Source: the human T2T-CHM13v2.0 reference genome, Homo sapiens. Taken from it: a stretch of 64,000 nucleotides of DNA. Shown in pieces: positions 25,370 to 40,520 of the stretch (positions are counted from its first letter, which is position 1; each line of letters begins with the position of its first letter). Both the position numbers and the translations under genes were made by a program. The notes below the pieces were generated by a model. The model was not told the origin of the DNA. It did no database searches and was given only the letters and a program-made list of their open reading frames with translations. The stretch is from the NCBI RefSeq assembly GCF_009914755.1, contig NC_060940.1. One strand, written 5' to 3'.

Positions 25370-26109
25370 AGCTCTAGAAAGGGTTCTCAGATGTGCATAA
25401 CAGGGGCCAGTCCCACCCGCTACAAGAAGCTGGTGGCATGGGGGATCTTCTACAGGTTGTTGTTGGCATCGATTAGGGAACAACTGTGCCCCTTGTCAGC
25501 CACCCCAGCCCCAAAACCGTATCAGAATGGAGGTCCTGTAGACCCCACAGGAAAGAAAAATGAAAGTCAAGCGGTCACTACTTCTTTCCCTTCCTTTTTC
25601 CCTTGGGGCATCATTGACTACATTATAAGCTGGACCACACTGGAATTCTCCCATATTCAGGCTGGAGCTGTTTTGATGGACAGCTGTCTGCAGAAGGGCA
25701 GATACTTCCAGGGGCTGTGCCTGCAGGACAGGACAGGGCAGCCACCATGGCCTCCCTGGGACCCCAAGTCAGATACCTGATCAAATTAGCACATGCAGCT
25801 GTTCAAATCGTGGTCCTGAAACCCGATGACTGGTTCTGCGAGGGGCCAGGGACAACATATAGAAGAGAACCAGCTTTCTAATGAAAACATTTGCGGGAGA
25901 AACAAAGGAGACTTCCTCTCAGAGCCCGCCCTGTCTGCAGACCTTCCCTGGGAAGAGGGAGAGAAGAGGGAGGAAACAGGGAGGTCAGGACGGCGGGATG
26001 GGCACGGTGGGAGCCCCAGACCCTCCCTCACTGCACAGTGCCTGTCCCTAGCTGGCGGACTCCAGCCCCTGCCTGCCCTGGCATTTCAGAATATCTGATT
26101 CCTGACCGG

Positions 26110-26420
26110 GGGGGGCCATCTCAGTAAACAAACATTTAGGCTTACTGTGAGCTGTTCGGCATGCATTTTCCTCACAGTGAAATAAGCCAATCCTGCAGGA
26201 TTTGGAATTTTGCAAGTTTTCATTTGGGAGTAAACAAGCCCCTTTGATTTCTCTCTCAAGGTACGCCGGGAATAGATATTTTGGTCTGACATCCAAGCAG
26301 GGAGGTCGTCTGTTTTTTGTATAACAGTAGTGGCTGTTTAGAGAAAGGATCGGTAGTTAAACTTTCAAGTCTCAGCCAGAAATTACACATAAACAAACTG
26401 TCGTGACGGCACCAATGAGT
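26110..26420. promoter_or_regulatory. Candidate FOX/TCF enhancer
   Basis: GTAAACAAACA 26124, GTAAACAA 26230, ATAAACAAA 26389, CCTTTGAT 26241; repeat-free. Confidence 0.35.
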
Positions 26421-27060
26421 GCCAGATGAGGCCAGGTAGAGGGCTGGGGGCTTCTCCAGGCTGCCCTAGATCCAAGGATGAAAAGACACCGCAAGCCGCC
26501 CCACCGTGCACACAGCAGGCACACTGTAAACACACACCTGGACAGTGGAAATCCAAATCGCAGAATTTGCACTCAGGCCCAGCCCTGCGTGTGTGTGAAT
26601 TCCCTAGAAAGACGTTTCTGCTGCCCTGCACTTGGAGCATTTTGGTGGCTGCCTGGGGGCAGGGACAGCGAAGGAGCAGAGGGTTTCACTGCACAGTAGT
26701 GATGGAGGCCACATTGCTGGCGGAACTACACCGTAGACTAAATGCAACGCGGCGGACTAGGGTTCTGCAGAGGTGGAGGATGTGAAGACACTCCACCCTG
26801 ACTCTTAAGTCAGATGATGATACAGAGAGCAGGGCTGGTTATCACAAGAGGGACGAGATAATGCTGCTCCCACAAACACACTCGCTTTCCCGGGGGTGAT
26901 GTGGCACCATTGAGCTATCGTGGTAAACCGCAGCTGACATGGCCACCCCGACTTATGGGCCAGGCTTCTGTGAAGCAGCTGACACCCATCGTTACTTTTA
27001 ATTCTCCCAATATCTTGCCAGGTAGACACTGTTATTTTTTCATGCTACTGGTGGGCTAGC

Positions 27061-27220
27061 TGAGGCTTTGGGAAGTTCAGGAACTTGAGTGAGTCCCGCA
27101 GGTGGGTCACGGAGGAGCGGGCCACAGCACCCATGTTGGCTGAGGCTTCAGGAAGTTTAGTAGCTTGAGTGAGTCCCGTAGCTGGATCACAGAGGGGCGG
27201 GCCAGAGCACCCATGTCGGC
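27061..27220. repeat. 80-bp tandem duplication within a MIR
   Basis: Period exactly 80; 12/80 mismatches. Confidence 0.85.
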
Positions 27221-29944
27221 CTGACCCCTGGGCACCCTGTGCTTTTGTACTGGGAGGCTGTTCTTTCTTAATGGCCTTTTCTGCCTGAAATAATTATAGT
27301 CGGCTCAGTAATTTCACAGAGTATCACTAATGTATCCACTAATCCATTCAACAAATACTTACTGGGTTGCTATTGTGTCGGGCACTGGGAGGTATCTGCA
27401 CAAAGGATGTGTCTAGGCGGTGAAGATAAACCAGTGAACAAAAAAGACAAAAATCCCTGCTCTGCCAACGCTGGCATTGTAGAGGGGAGAGACAGATAAA
27501 CGTAGCGAAGAAGTAAATTGTAGAACATGCTAGGAAAAAAAGAACCAGGCCTGGGTGGGGGTTGGGAGACCTGGGTTAGAGTGTGCATGTGGATTTACTA
27601 CCGGCCAGTTCTATGCTGGAAGCCAAGGGTTAAGATAGGAGGAAGGCCAGGCTTCTGCGCACAGGAAGCTCACGGCCCATCACGAGAGACCAATATGGGA
27701 ACCATCATCACCACGCTGTGGGAAAAGGACTATGTGGAGGCAAGAAGAAGGCGATGTGGGAACAGGAGGGAAAGTGTCTACATCTCTCCCAGGTAACCCC
27801 AGGGAGCTGCACAGAGTCACATCCGTGCATGTATGTTACATCCCCTGCCAGGTCACTGCCACAGCCACAGCTCGCTGTTGCCATTTCTGACCCATTAAGT
27901 GTTAACACAAGCTAAAATCCTCACTGCATTCTCAGAACGGCTCCACGAGAAAGAAACTGAGGCTCAAAGAGAGAAAACAGCCTGCCTCGGTCCCACAGAG
28001 TTGACGGTGGATTCAGAATCCCACCAGATCTGTGTCTGTCTCTAAAAGCCCACTCAAATCCAGAATCTTATACTGCAATACTTTTGAAGGAAAGAACTAT
28101 TTCTTGTCTTCCCTCTATCTGCTGTAGACCTAGCACAGTTTCCTGAATAGATGAGATGCTCGGTAAACAGCTGTTGAATAAATGAATGTATTTTGTAGTC
28201 ATATGTGGTCTATGCTTTGTTTCCTGTATATAGCCATTCTCCCTCTCTCTCTTTCTCTCTCTCTCAATCTCTCTCCCTGTTCCTCCCTCCCTCCCTCCCT
28301 CTCACTTTTCCTCTCCCTCTCCCCCTCTTCCTCTGCCTCTCTTTCTGCATTCCTTCCTTCCCCTACATGAGCAGGAGAGAGAGAAACATTTAGAGACACA
28401 TTTCCCTAGGATTACATGTGTGTACCCAGCTCATCTGCTGGCTGAAGGATTAGCTGTCTTTTCTCCCAGTGGCTTTACTCTGTGCTACCTGACAAGAGGC
28501 TGTTTGGAAGACCCTAGGTTTTGGAGCAACATGGCACTTTGGCTTCCTTCTCCTCATGTCCAAGTTACTCACTTCTCAGGATGCAAGGGCACTGGGTTAT
28601 TTGCCCAAACCTGTGGCCTGGTGAAAGGCTAGGCCTCACGCCAGCCCCAGGGCCAGGTGGCCTCTCTTCACAGTCCTCAGCAGCCCATAGGAGGGGAGCC
28701 AAGCTCAAATCCAATTAGTGGCTCCTCACAAGTCCCTCCTGAGGGGGAAGGCACAGAAGGGTGAGGCTGCACATCAAAGACTTCACCTCCTCCCTGCGCT
28801 GAGGTTCGGCCCAGGTCCATGGAGCAGGCTGCAGAGGAACTCCATCCAAGATCCCCTGTGAGCTTGGAAAAGTCCTCCTGGAGCGGGGTGGGCCGTGGTT
28901 TTAGGTGGAGTCAGGCTCTGAGTCCAGGACATCAGAGGTTTCTCTGAAGCCTTTCCAAACCTTTCACATTGGAGAAATTGCAGTGGGAGGCTGCCACCCT
29001 CCAGCCCTGCAGTGAGACTTCTGACACCTCTGCCCTCCATCCTGGCCAGAAACAGTGAGGCCAGCTTCTTCGCTCCCACACCCCACGCACTTTCAGCTGC
29101 ACACAGAGCCCCCATTGACTTCAAAGGGAAGAACGGAGAAGAAACAGGGACTGCCTGTCAGCAGAGGTTCCTGTGTGAGTTCAGCACTCACAGGTCTGAC
29201 CCCGACAACACAGCCAAATATCCATCCGGGGTAGAATGGGATGGGGATAGGATAGGTGGAAAGAGACCCCCTGAAAACTAGGCAGGCCCAGCCATGTTTG
29301 CACAGAGGCGCAGCTCCCAAAGTGCCTGGAAGCCCCAAAGGGGGACCAGCTTTGTTCCAGGAATTGTCTTCCAGAAATGAGGCCTGAGGGATGTGTACAA
29401 GCCCCACCTCCCTGAGGTCTGCTCAGCCACAGTGGCCACCAAGCCCAGCGTGGCTCCACTTGCTGTCAGAGTCAAAGGAAATGCAGGAGGAGGCTGCCAG
29501 CACACCCACGCCCCTTGCAACGCGTTCCCCATGGCAGCAGCCAATGCTGCAGAGAAGTGGGCATGACCGGAACTAAGTGGGCTTGCAGAATCACAGGCCC
29601 CTCAGAAACCTGCAGGGTGGACAGCAAAGAAAAGGAGGCCAGAGGCCTGTGGCAGCCTGTCCCCAAGCCACACAGCCAGGAGATGGCAGGGCTGGGACCA
29701 GCGGGTGAGTCTTTTCTTCTGCTTGTCTTTTTCATATGCTATTTCCAAGGGAAGAGCTAACTGGAGATAGATAGGACCCATCATTCATTCATTCATTTAA
29801 TTACTCATTCATCCATTTAATAAATATTACCAAAGACCTTCTCAGGGCTAGACTCTAGATCAACCCTGGGAGACACAAAGGATAAGTCAGAATTTATATA
29901 TAGTCTGATGGAGGATATAGGGAGGGGGAAGGAGAGCTAATACA

Positions 29945-31330
<1,386 letters not shown>

Positions 31331-32425
31331 GCGTGTTCACCATTAATAAGTAAAATGGCATGTGAGCAGAAGGCGTCTTGGAGGTGATGATGTTGGAGCC
31401 AGTTCTGGCTGGGCACATGCATGTTGGGTGGAGAGGAGCTAAGGAAGCACGTTTGTGGTTCCAGACAGAGAGAGTGGCCTGGGAAAGGCAGTAGATGACA
31501 AGCACAGGATGTGCATGGAGAACACAGGAGTCAGGGTCCCATGGCCCCAGAGGGTGAGTGTGAAAATGATGGTAGTGGGGCTGAACAAGAGGCAAAGAAC
31601 AAGCCCTGTTGCTCAGGGTTTAACAGCCACCTGGCAATCCAGTCTTGACCCAGGAGTGCTGGGGAGCCTTGGAGGATGGAGCAGGGAGGCTGGTGATTGG
31701 GACTGGGCAGTCCACTGGAGGGGGCCCCAGGACGGGTCTGTGTGTACCAGGGCCTGGCCCTGCTCTTGCTTGGCACTGGAAGTATTATCAGGAAATGTGT
31801 GGGGACTATATCAACCACCTGACATCAGCACTGTGCTTTCCACCCCAAGGTCAGGCATTTGTAGAAGTTTCCAGTGACTCACCAAAACCTACTGTTGTCT
31901 TTAAAGCCTTTAATTTGTGCCTTAGAGACTTGCTTGACATTTGCATTCTGCCTTATCGCATGTCTGCATTTGTTTGAGAGCATTCCTTATCTGAGCGGGG
32001 ACTCGCTGGACGTGCACCAATTCCGTCTCTTCTGCCTGGGCACACGGGAGACCACATCTCCCATCCCCCTCTGCAGGTGGGTGGGCTCCTTTATTTGGGT
32101 CCCAACCAATGCATCGTGAGTGGAAGGGACCTGGGCCACTCATTGCTTTTCATGCAGAGAACGTGGAGGCTGTGAAGCAGGATTCCGAGCAGGACCTCAG
32201 CGAGGCCACTGTCACAGGACGGAAGCATCAGGGAGCCCGAGTCATTCCTTGGAGGGCAGCCGTCCAGGAGAGGCACCTGAGGGCATCAGTCTGTGACGTG
32301 AGTCAGAAGCGAACTCACTGCTTTACACCTCCAGGGCTCTGGGAGTTACCATGGCAGTAAGTGATAACTACCTTGGCAAACACATTCCCCGATCCTTTAG
32401 GAAAACTGACACTCCAGAAAAATGA

Positions 32426-32760
<335 letters not shown>

Positions 32761-34002
32761 CTAGCACACCTCTTCACCCCAGCCTTTCCCCAACTGAAGC
32801 CAGAGTGCTGCCAAGTACCAGGGCAATCATCTCCAGAGACTCCAGGATAAGAATTTGTAATGCAAAAAGAAAGGCATGGAAACAACCACACATTAACACC
32901 TGCCGTGTGGCTCTTTCAATGTCTGGGTGCCCCACACCCTGCATCCTTGCATTAATGCGGGTACTCAAAATCAGCAGTGCTTGCATTCTCATTAGCAAGG
33001 ATTTCCCCGCCTCTAAAGTTACTGTGATTGTATTCAACTCTCAGTCTCCCTTTACATAAGTCACTGTCCTCACGTTCAGGGGAATTTGCATTCTTCCAAT
33101 TGCATGTATCAATGTCTACACCAGACTATTTCTCTCTCTTCCTCTGGTCCTTCAAAATACAATTCCAGGAGGGCAATGATACGAGTAATTACTTGCATGT
33201 GCTCTGCTTTCTGGAGTCCATTGAACACTTTCACAGGTATCCAATGAGTTCTTCCTTCTAGGGCAGAATTACTATCTCCATCTTCATCTTGGAGAGGGGA
33301 GGAATGGTAAAATGGTACGCAGTCACTACCTGTTACCCCCCTGGGCTTTGGAGACACTAACCCTCTTTGAGTCCCAGCCTTGCCTTTTACTAGCTGTGTG
33401 ACCTTGGGCAAATTGCTTGACCTCCCTGTTCTCCATTTTCTTCATCTGTTAAATAGCAATAATACCTTTCTCATGGGGTTGTTGACCCATTACTGGGGTG
33501 TAGCATAGTAGAAATGAGAAGTGAAGGGACACACAGTGCTCTTAGAGGAGTTGGAGTTCCAAGTGAGGAGTTTTTTAAAATGGGGAATTATGGCACTGAA
33601 CAGGAAGCTTTAGGGATGATTTGGTCCAAACTCGCTGTCTTGTAGGTTCTCAGTCTGGGACATAAAGAGGTGAAGCAGCTTCAATTGTCAAAGGGCCCTT
33701 TCACTAGATCACTGGGTCTCAATACAGATGCATACTCAGATTATCCAAGCAGCCCAGGTCCCACTCCTGGCTAATTAAGTTAGGGTCTCTGCAGGTGGGG
33801 AGGGTTACGTTTAAAAAAGCTCCCCAGGTGACTCTAATGTGCAACCAGGTGTGAGACCACCTGACCCTTGAACATCTTATGCCCATCATGGTAAATGATG
33901 GAGAGACAGTTTCCCCAGTGAGCTCCACCGCCTCAAAATGAGGACTGCTCCTTGCATAGGATCTCCACCCTCTCTTCTGACCCTGTCTTTATGGAAACAT
34001 GC

Positions 34003-34375
34003 TGATATGGTTTGGCTCTGGGTCCCATTAAAATCCCATGTCGAATTGTCATCCCCAGCGTTGGAGGAGGGACCTGGTGGGAGGTGATTGGATCGTGGAG
34101 GCAGATCTCCCCCTTGCTGTTCTTGTGAAAGTGAGTGAGTTCTCACGAGATCTGGTTGTTTAAAAGTGTGTGGCACCTTCCCTATCTCTCCCTTCCTCCG
34201 GGTCCTGCCATGTGAGACGTGCCTCCTTCCTCTTCACCTTCCACCATGATCGTAAGATTCCTGAGGCCTCCCCAGCCATGCTTCCTGTACAGCCTATGGA
34301 ACTGTGAGCCAACTAAACCTCTTTCCTTTATAAATTACCCAGTCTCAGGTAGTTCTTTATAGCAATGCAAGAACG
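34003..34375 (+). mobile_element. MSTA solo LTR lacking its last ~10 nt
   Basis: TGATATGGTTTGG start; ends ..TAGCAATGCAAGAACG without GACTAATACA. Confidence 0.9.
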
Positions 34376-34473
34376 TGCTAGATGTGCACCAATTCTGTCT
34401 CTTCTGCCTGAGCACACGGGAGACCACTTCTAACCACTCAGTGCTCGGCTCATAGGAGGTCTTCAGGTAATCC

Positions 34474-34676
34474 TCATTGACTGGAGGAAACAGGGTTGCT
34501 CTATGTTGAGTGCGGGGGACACAGTTGCTGTATGTTGACTGGAGGGAACAGGGTTGCTGTATGTTGAGTGGAGGGGCAGGGTTGCTGTATGTTAAGTGGA
34601 GGAGACAGAGTTGCTCTGTGTTCAGTGGAGGGGACAGGGTTATTCTGTGTTGAGTGGCGGTGACCAGGTTATTCTA
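34474..34676 (+). repeat. 29-bp minisatellite, ~7 copies
   Basis: RTGTTGAGTGGAGGGGACAGGGTTGCTST units. Confidence 0.9.
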
Positions 34677-35969
34677 AGCTGTCTGGTTTCTAAGCTGAAG
34701 GCTGATACGATGTCTGTGAGCCATGTCTCTTCCCATCAACAACCACAACTGCAGGATTTGTGCTGGGTTTTCCTGGTTTGGCTGTTATGTGACCACCCAG
34801 CACACAGGTATCTCTGGGAATATGTTAGATTTTTTTAGGTAGAAACATTTTATTTACTATGGAGATAACATTTTATAAGGGCCGACACTGGGCCAAGTCT
34901 ATCATGTCCATGACTCTATGTGTTTCCATAACAGCTCTTATAAGATGAGTATCACTACCCTCATCCAACAGACAAAGAAACCAGAAACCAGACAGGTGAA
35001 AACCTTGCCTGGATCACCCAGCCAGGAGGTGAGGAATCTGGAATTAAACTCCCAGTGAGAACATCCCACCTTCCCCGCTCCAGCTCTCCCCACAACCCAC
35101 ACTTCAGGCTGAACTCTCCAAGTCGCATTCCAAGGCTGTGGGACACACCTCTGTTTTATAGTCAGAGAAGCCTCCTCAGGCCCCCTAGACAGAGGGGGCA
35201 GTCTTCTCTAAGGACTGCAGAGTCTCGGGGGGTGTCAGAAAGAGAAGACCCCTCAGATGCTGCCTATTCCAAACCAGCAAACCCAGGCCTAGACAGGTTC
35301 AGAGGGTTGTTCTGAGCCCTTATTTTGTTCCCAAAATAAGGGCTCCTTTTCTAAAGGCTGTGACCATACAGGCTCTTGTAACCTCTCAGTGCCGGGCTCA
35401 TAGGAGGTCTTCAGGTAATCCTTGTTGAGTGGAGGGGATAGGGCTTCACCAGACGTGGGACCCCCATGTGGGTTTTTCTTTCATTGCTTTCTTTTGGCTC
35501 GAGTTTCCCCACTCTGGGAGGGAAGTGGAGGACAGAGCTCTCCAAGTGTCATAGAAGGAGAAGTTGGATATTGCAGAAATCTTGGAATCACTCTGTCCTG
35601 CTCGTGCTCACACACGCAAGACATCAGACATCACGTGGGCCAGCGTCACATGGGCCAGCATCACGTGGTGCTCGGTGTCCCACCAGCGTGAGCACCAGCA
35701 GAGTAAAGTGTGCCAGGTCCTCCCAAGGGAACACAGTGTCAGCAGCAGAGCCCAGATGCAAATCCAGAACATTGGACTTCTTCAGTATTCCACTTCTTCC
35801 ACGTTTCCAAGTTTCTAGCAGCTTCTCACCTCATGATCTTTCCTTTGTGAGTCCATTTGGAGGCCTTGAGGATAAATTTAGAAATTTATTATAAGACTAA
35901 AAATTAGAACTCACTTCAGTCTCTTTTCTCCCCTTGAGGATATGTGAAGAGTAAAATGAGAGACTGCCA

Positions 35970-36196
35970 CACAGACTCCCAGATTCAAACATCTACAGAA
36001 GCCAGGCCTGTGGTTTAAATAAATGAAGTGCACCAGATGTGAGGTAACTGGGTGTGGTGGGGACTGTGGCACACTGGAAAGCACAGCTTTGTCCAAAGGG
36101 GATGCCCACTGCCCACCTCCAGCCAGTGTCTGCTAGGCAGAAGGCCCAGCTTCAGCCAGATCTTCTGATTTATCAAGAAAAGCTGGAGATCTAGGG

Positions 36197-36200
<4 letters not shown>
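35970..36200. mobile_element. MER58B, left part
   Basis: GTGGTGGGGACTGTGGCACACTGGA..GCCAGATCTTCTGATTTATCAAGA. Confidence 0.75.
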
Positions 36201-36715
<515 letters not shown>

Positions 36716-36819
36716 CTGTACAGTATTAGAATATCTGAGGTAGGGACGTCACTGAGCCTCTAAACTGTAAGCCATCCCCACACGGCCCGCTCTGCCATGA
36801 CCAGGAAAAGGAGAAGTCT

Positions 36820-37170
36820 CCTGGCAGAAATGACAGCTGACATCGATTGTTTGAAATCGGACATGTCTGTATAACCTGCCACCCGACTTTACGTAAGTAG
36901 TCGACACTGCTATTAGCAGCTGGACTTCAAAGCGTGATGCGGACAGCAGGCGGGAGGCCTGCGCAGTGTCTCTGTTTTCATCCTGTTATTAATGAGAGTT
37001 GGTTTACACGAGCCTCAAGTGCTGATAAGGGCGTCTGAGGATCGTCACTGTAAATGCTCCGTAGACAATTTATTAGACAGCCAAGCCCAGCCCATTAGTC
37101 ATGGACTATTAGAAGACTTTTTAGATGTTGTTTTTAAATCATCTTTTGAACTCCATTAGCCTTGAACTTC
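36820..37170. promoter_or_regulatory. Candidate developmental enhancer
   Basis: TGACAGCTGACA 36831, ATCGAT 36842, TTACGTAA 36889, TATTAATG, GTTTAC, CTGATAAG 37022; repeat-free, CpG-retaining. Confidence 0.45.
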
Positions 37171-37418
37171 ATGCAGGTAATATCAGGGAGGATGGCAGCT
37201 GAGGGTCGTCTGGTAGCCGTTGCAGCAATTTCCATCCGGACGTTTGCACGGGATTGTCAAGGCTTGATGCTGTGGCGGGTGGGAGAGCCGGGGGACACTT
37301 TAATTTACCCTCTAACCAGCTGCAGAGCTCTGGAGAAGTCACCGGGCATGTCCAGGCCTCAGCACCTTCAGCTGTAAGACTGGAGCATTAAACCTGGGGC
37401 TCCACAGACGTCTTCTGT

Positions 37419-37508
37419 CTAGGGTGGTCAACATCCCTGTTTGCCTTGAACTTCCCTAGTTTTCTCACTGGAAGTTCCATGTCCCAGGAAAACCCGAGTA
37501 GCCACCCT
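37419..37508. mobile_element. MER81-like (hAT-Blackjack)
   Basis: TAGGGTGGTCAAC..CACTGGAAGTTCCATGTCCCAGGAAA..CCACCCT terminal inverted ends. Confidence 0.65.
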
Positions 37509-38039
37509 CCCTCCAGCCCTAAATTTTATAAAGCCCATCAAACCAGGAGCCACGAAGGCAATCTCTCACTGTCAAAGGTTGGCAGTGAATGCAGAGGTGG
37601 TGTGGACGTGTCAGGTCAGCCCCATCATCTGAGAGCCTCACAAGAAACTGTCCTCTGCATCACAAACCTCTGCCTGAGGATCTAGAGTTCTCACAAAGGA
37701 TCTAGAGTTCTCACAACGTCTGAAGAGGGTTGCAAAGAATTGCTTGGGTCTAAGGTCATCGTGGGTTCTTTCATGGAAGAACAATATATGGCTGCTGCAC
37801 TCTCAGCTGATTTTATTTCAATATACACGTATCAAGGGGCTTTTTGTGAGCCAGAAGTTAGGCTGGATGGGGATAGCCCTGCCCTCAATGCTGATGCAGT
37901 CAATGCTGATCCAGTTCACTCAGGGACAGCCATATCGTCATCCTGCCACACTCATTATCACACACTTCCTTGGTGTTGTGTTTTGTAGGAGGCAGAAAAG
38001 GGATAGAGAAATCTGACTTGAGGTCTCAGGGTGAAAACT

Positions 38040-38262
38040 TCCAGCTGGCACTCAGGCTCCACTTGTGCGAGAGAATGCCTGGATTGTGTTAAAGTGCAGG
38101 TTCTGATCCCATGGGTCTGGGTGGGTCTGAGATCATGAATCTCCAGATCTTGTTAAAGTGCAGATTCTGATCCCATGGGTCTCGGCGGGCCTGAGATCCT
38201 GCATCTCTAACAAGCACTGGGTGATATCACTGCTGCTGGCTCAGTGACCAGCTTTGGGCAGC
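38040..38262. mobile_element. MER5A-like with 64-bp internal tandem duplication
   Basis: TGTTAAAGTGCAGRTTCTGATCCCATGGGTCT at 38087 and 38151. Confidence 0.7.
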
Positions 38263-38366
38263 CAGGAGCTGGGTAACTGGCTCCCTGGGGGCAGTAACTG
38301 ATTCGATCTCACTCATCTTTTTTCTGTAGGAATGAGCAGACCCTCAGAAGGAGCCAACTGGACACA

Positions 38367-38455
38367 TGAACAGAAGGGATGAATGAATGAACAGAAGGGG
38401 TGAATGAATGAACAGAAGGGATGAATGACTGAACAGAAGGGATGAATGAATGAAT
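38367..38455 (+). repeat. 21-bp tandem x4
   Basis: TGAACAGAAGGGRTGAATGAM. Confidence 0.9.
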
Positions 38456-39423
38456 GGGCCATCACTTAACATGGGCTCGCCCACCACGGCTCCTGGTCTT
38501 GCGTTTCTCTTTTCCTCAGCATTTCTGTGCATTTCCAGTCTTTCCCCATTTGGTGCAGTCTACATTTCTGAGAATATTCTTGATTACTTGTTGGATAATC
38601 AACCAATGGAAATGCCCAGGGGAGAACCTGATTATGCCCCAATCCTCCTTCTTCCAAGCCCACACGGCCACAGCTGGAAGTCCATTTGCTTCTTAAATGA
38701 GCCAAAAGATGGCAATTCTCTTCTTCTCTCATCCTCTCTGCACTTACTGCATCCTCACCAATGATTTGAGAACTTCGTTTATATTTCTTTTATTCCAATA
38801 TAAAAGTATTAAAATAACCAGAGACATCATCTGAGATATGAACAGGATGTGCAATTCAGTATATTAGAAATAGCCTAAATGTCAAAAGAAGGGATTAACT
38901 GAATAATGGAGGGTGTATCCTTAGGCATAGGTATTTGCTGCCATTAAAAAACCATATTTTTGCATGTGAACAACAGGAAGAAATCACCATATAATAATAA
39001 TTAGAAGTGCAAGTTTGAAAAACTATAGAGAGCATAATATTGATTTTGTAGAAAAGTATTCCACACAGAAAAGCACAAGAGAAACTGAATCAAAATCATA
39101 ACAGGTTAGTGCTGGGTGGCAGAGTCTCCTTGTCCTTGGGCAAAATAATCCAACACAAGGCCAGTTGGGAGTCAGATTTCTGGGTAAAATCTCAGCTCTA
39201 CTACCAGCTGGTTCTCTGGCCATGGGCAGGGTTCCTATCTGGTTGGTGCCTTGTTTTCTGTAAAAATGGAGATGATTCTACCCCCGAACTCCTAGGGCTG
39301 GAGGGATGAATCTGGTAAAGCACTTAGACAAAATTAAGGGGCTAATGAACAAACACTGTCAGCACCCACCAGGAGGATAAACCTGGGGGAGCTGAGACAC
39401 CCCTGCCCCACCCCCACCCAGGT

Positions 39424-39914
39424 ACAACACACACACACAAATGCACACACAAACACACACCAATACACATTCACAAACAAAGGCACACACATACAAACAC
39501 AAACACATACACACACGCACACATATACAAATGCACACATATACAAACACACAGAAACGAATACACAAACACATAAATGCACACACATACAAACACACAT
39601 AAACAAATACACACACAAACACACATATATACAAATGCACACATACACAAACACAAACACGAATACACACACAAACACATAAAGGCACACACAAACACAA
39701 ATACACACAAAAACACACACACACAACTGCACACACATACACACAAATACATGCAAACACACACAAACATACACAAACGCACGTACACACAAACATGCAC
39801 GAACACACCCACACACAAACACACATACAAACACAGACACACAGAAACACAAATGCACACCCGAACACACATATAACCACACAAACACCCATACACACAC
39901 ACACCCCCACACAC
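39424..39914. repeat. Degenerate (CA)-rich tract
   Basis: Direct reading; source of the CV/HT-rich ORFs. Confidence 0.95.
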
Positions 39915-40324
39915 AGGCACCCTTCCCTCTCTGCTTCAGCCTCCGTTTGGCTCCTTGCCCCGTCCCACGAGCCCTCTGCCATCGAAGGCCCCTTGGCCAT
40001 TGTCTGCTTCCTGCCTGCCCCTCACCTACTGAGAGGACAGGTGGGTGAGTAGAGCTGCAGGTGGGGAGGCACCTTCTTAGAGAATTGGACGCTCCTGCCT
40101 CCAGTGAGGCTACAAGTGCCGCTCGCTTTCTGAGTACCAGGCCCAGAAATCTCTGAGACAGCCTTCTTGGAGGGATAGGAGGCGGCGGCAGAAACACGCA
40201 GGCCCAGCTTAGCAACAGTGAGATCCTTGTGCCGGGCAGGCTAACACTTGAAACCGCTCTAGAGTTGTATTCTGTCGAGTCCCCTGTTGGGTCCCACCCC
40301 ATAATATGCACACACACAGTTTGG

Positions 40325-40520
40325 GATTTTCTAAATGACAGCACCCGTTAATTGTCTGGTTAGGTATGACCTATTAAACATTTACCGCCCATTTCCTGTA
40401 CACGTCTGGTGAGGCCGGCAGGAAATTTAGAACAAATTAAACAGCAGCTGCAGTCCCTCATGCTTTAATGGTCCCTCCACGATCCTGTGCGGGATTGTAA
40501 AATATGAGGGCAGATCTATT
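40325..40520. promoter_or_regulatory. Candidate homeodomain/ETS enhancer
   Basis: TGACAG 40336, TTAATTG 40348, AATTAA, TTTAATGG 40464, two ETS cores; repeat-free. Confidence 0.35.

Noticed and set aside
39334-40344. 336-aa Cys/Val-rich ORF
   Set aside because: Translation of the TG-rich strand of a CA tract
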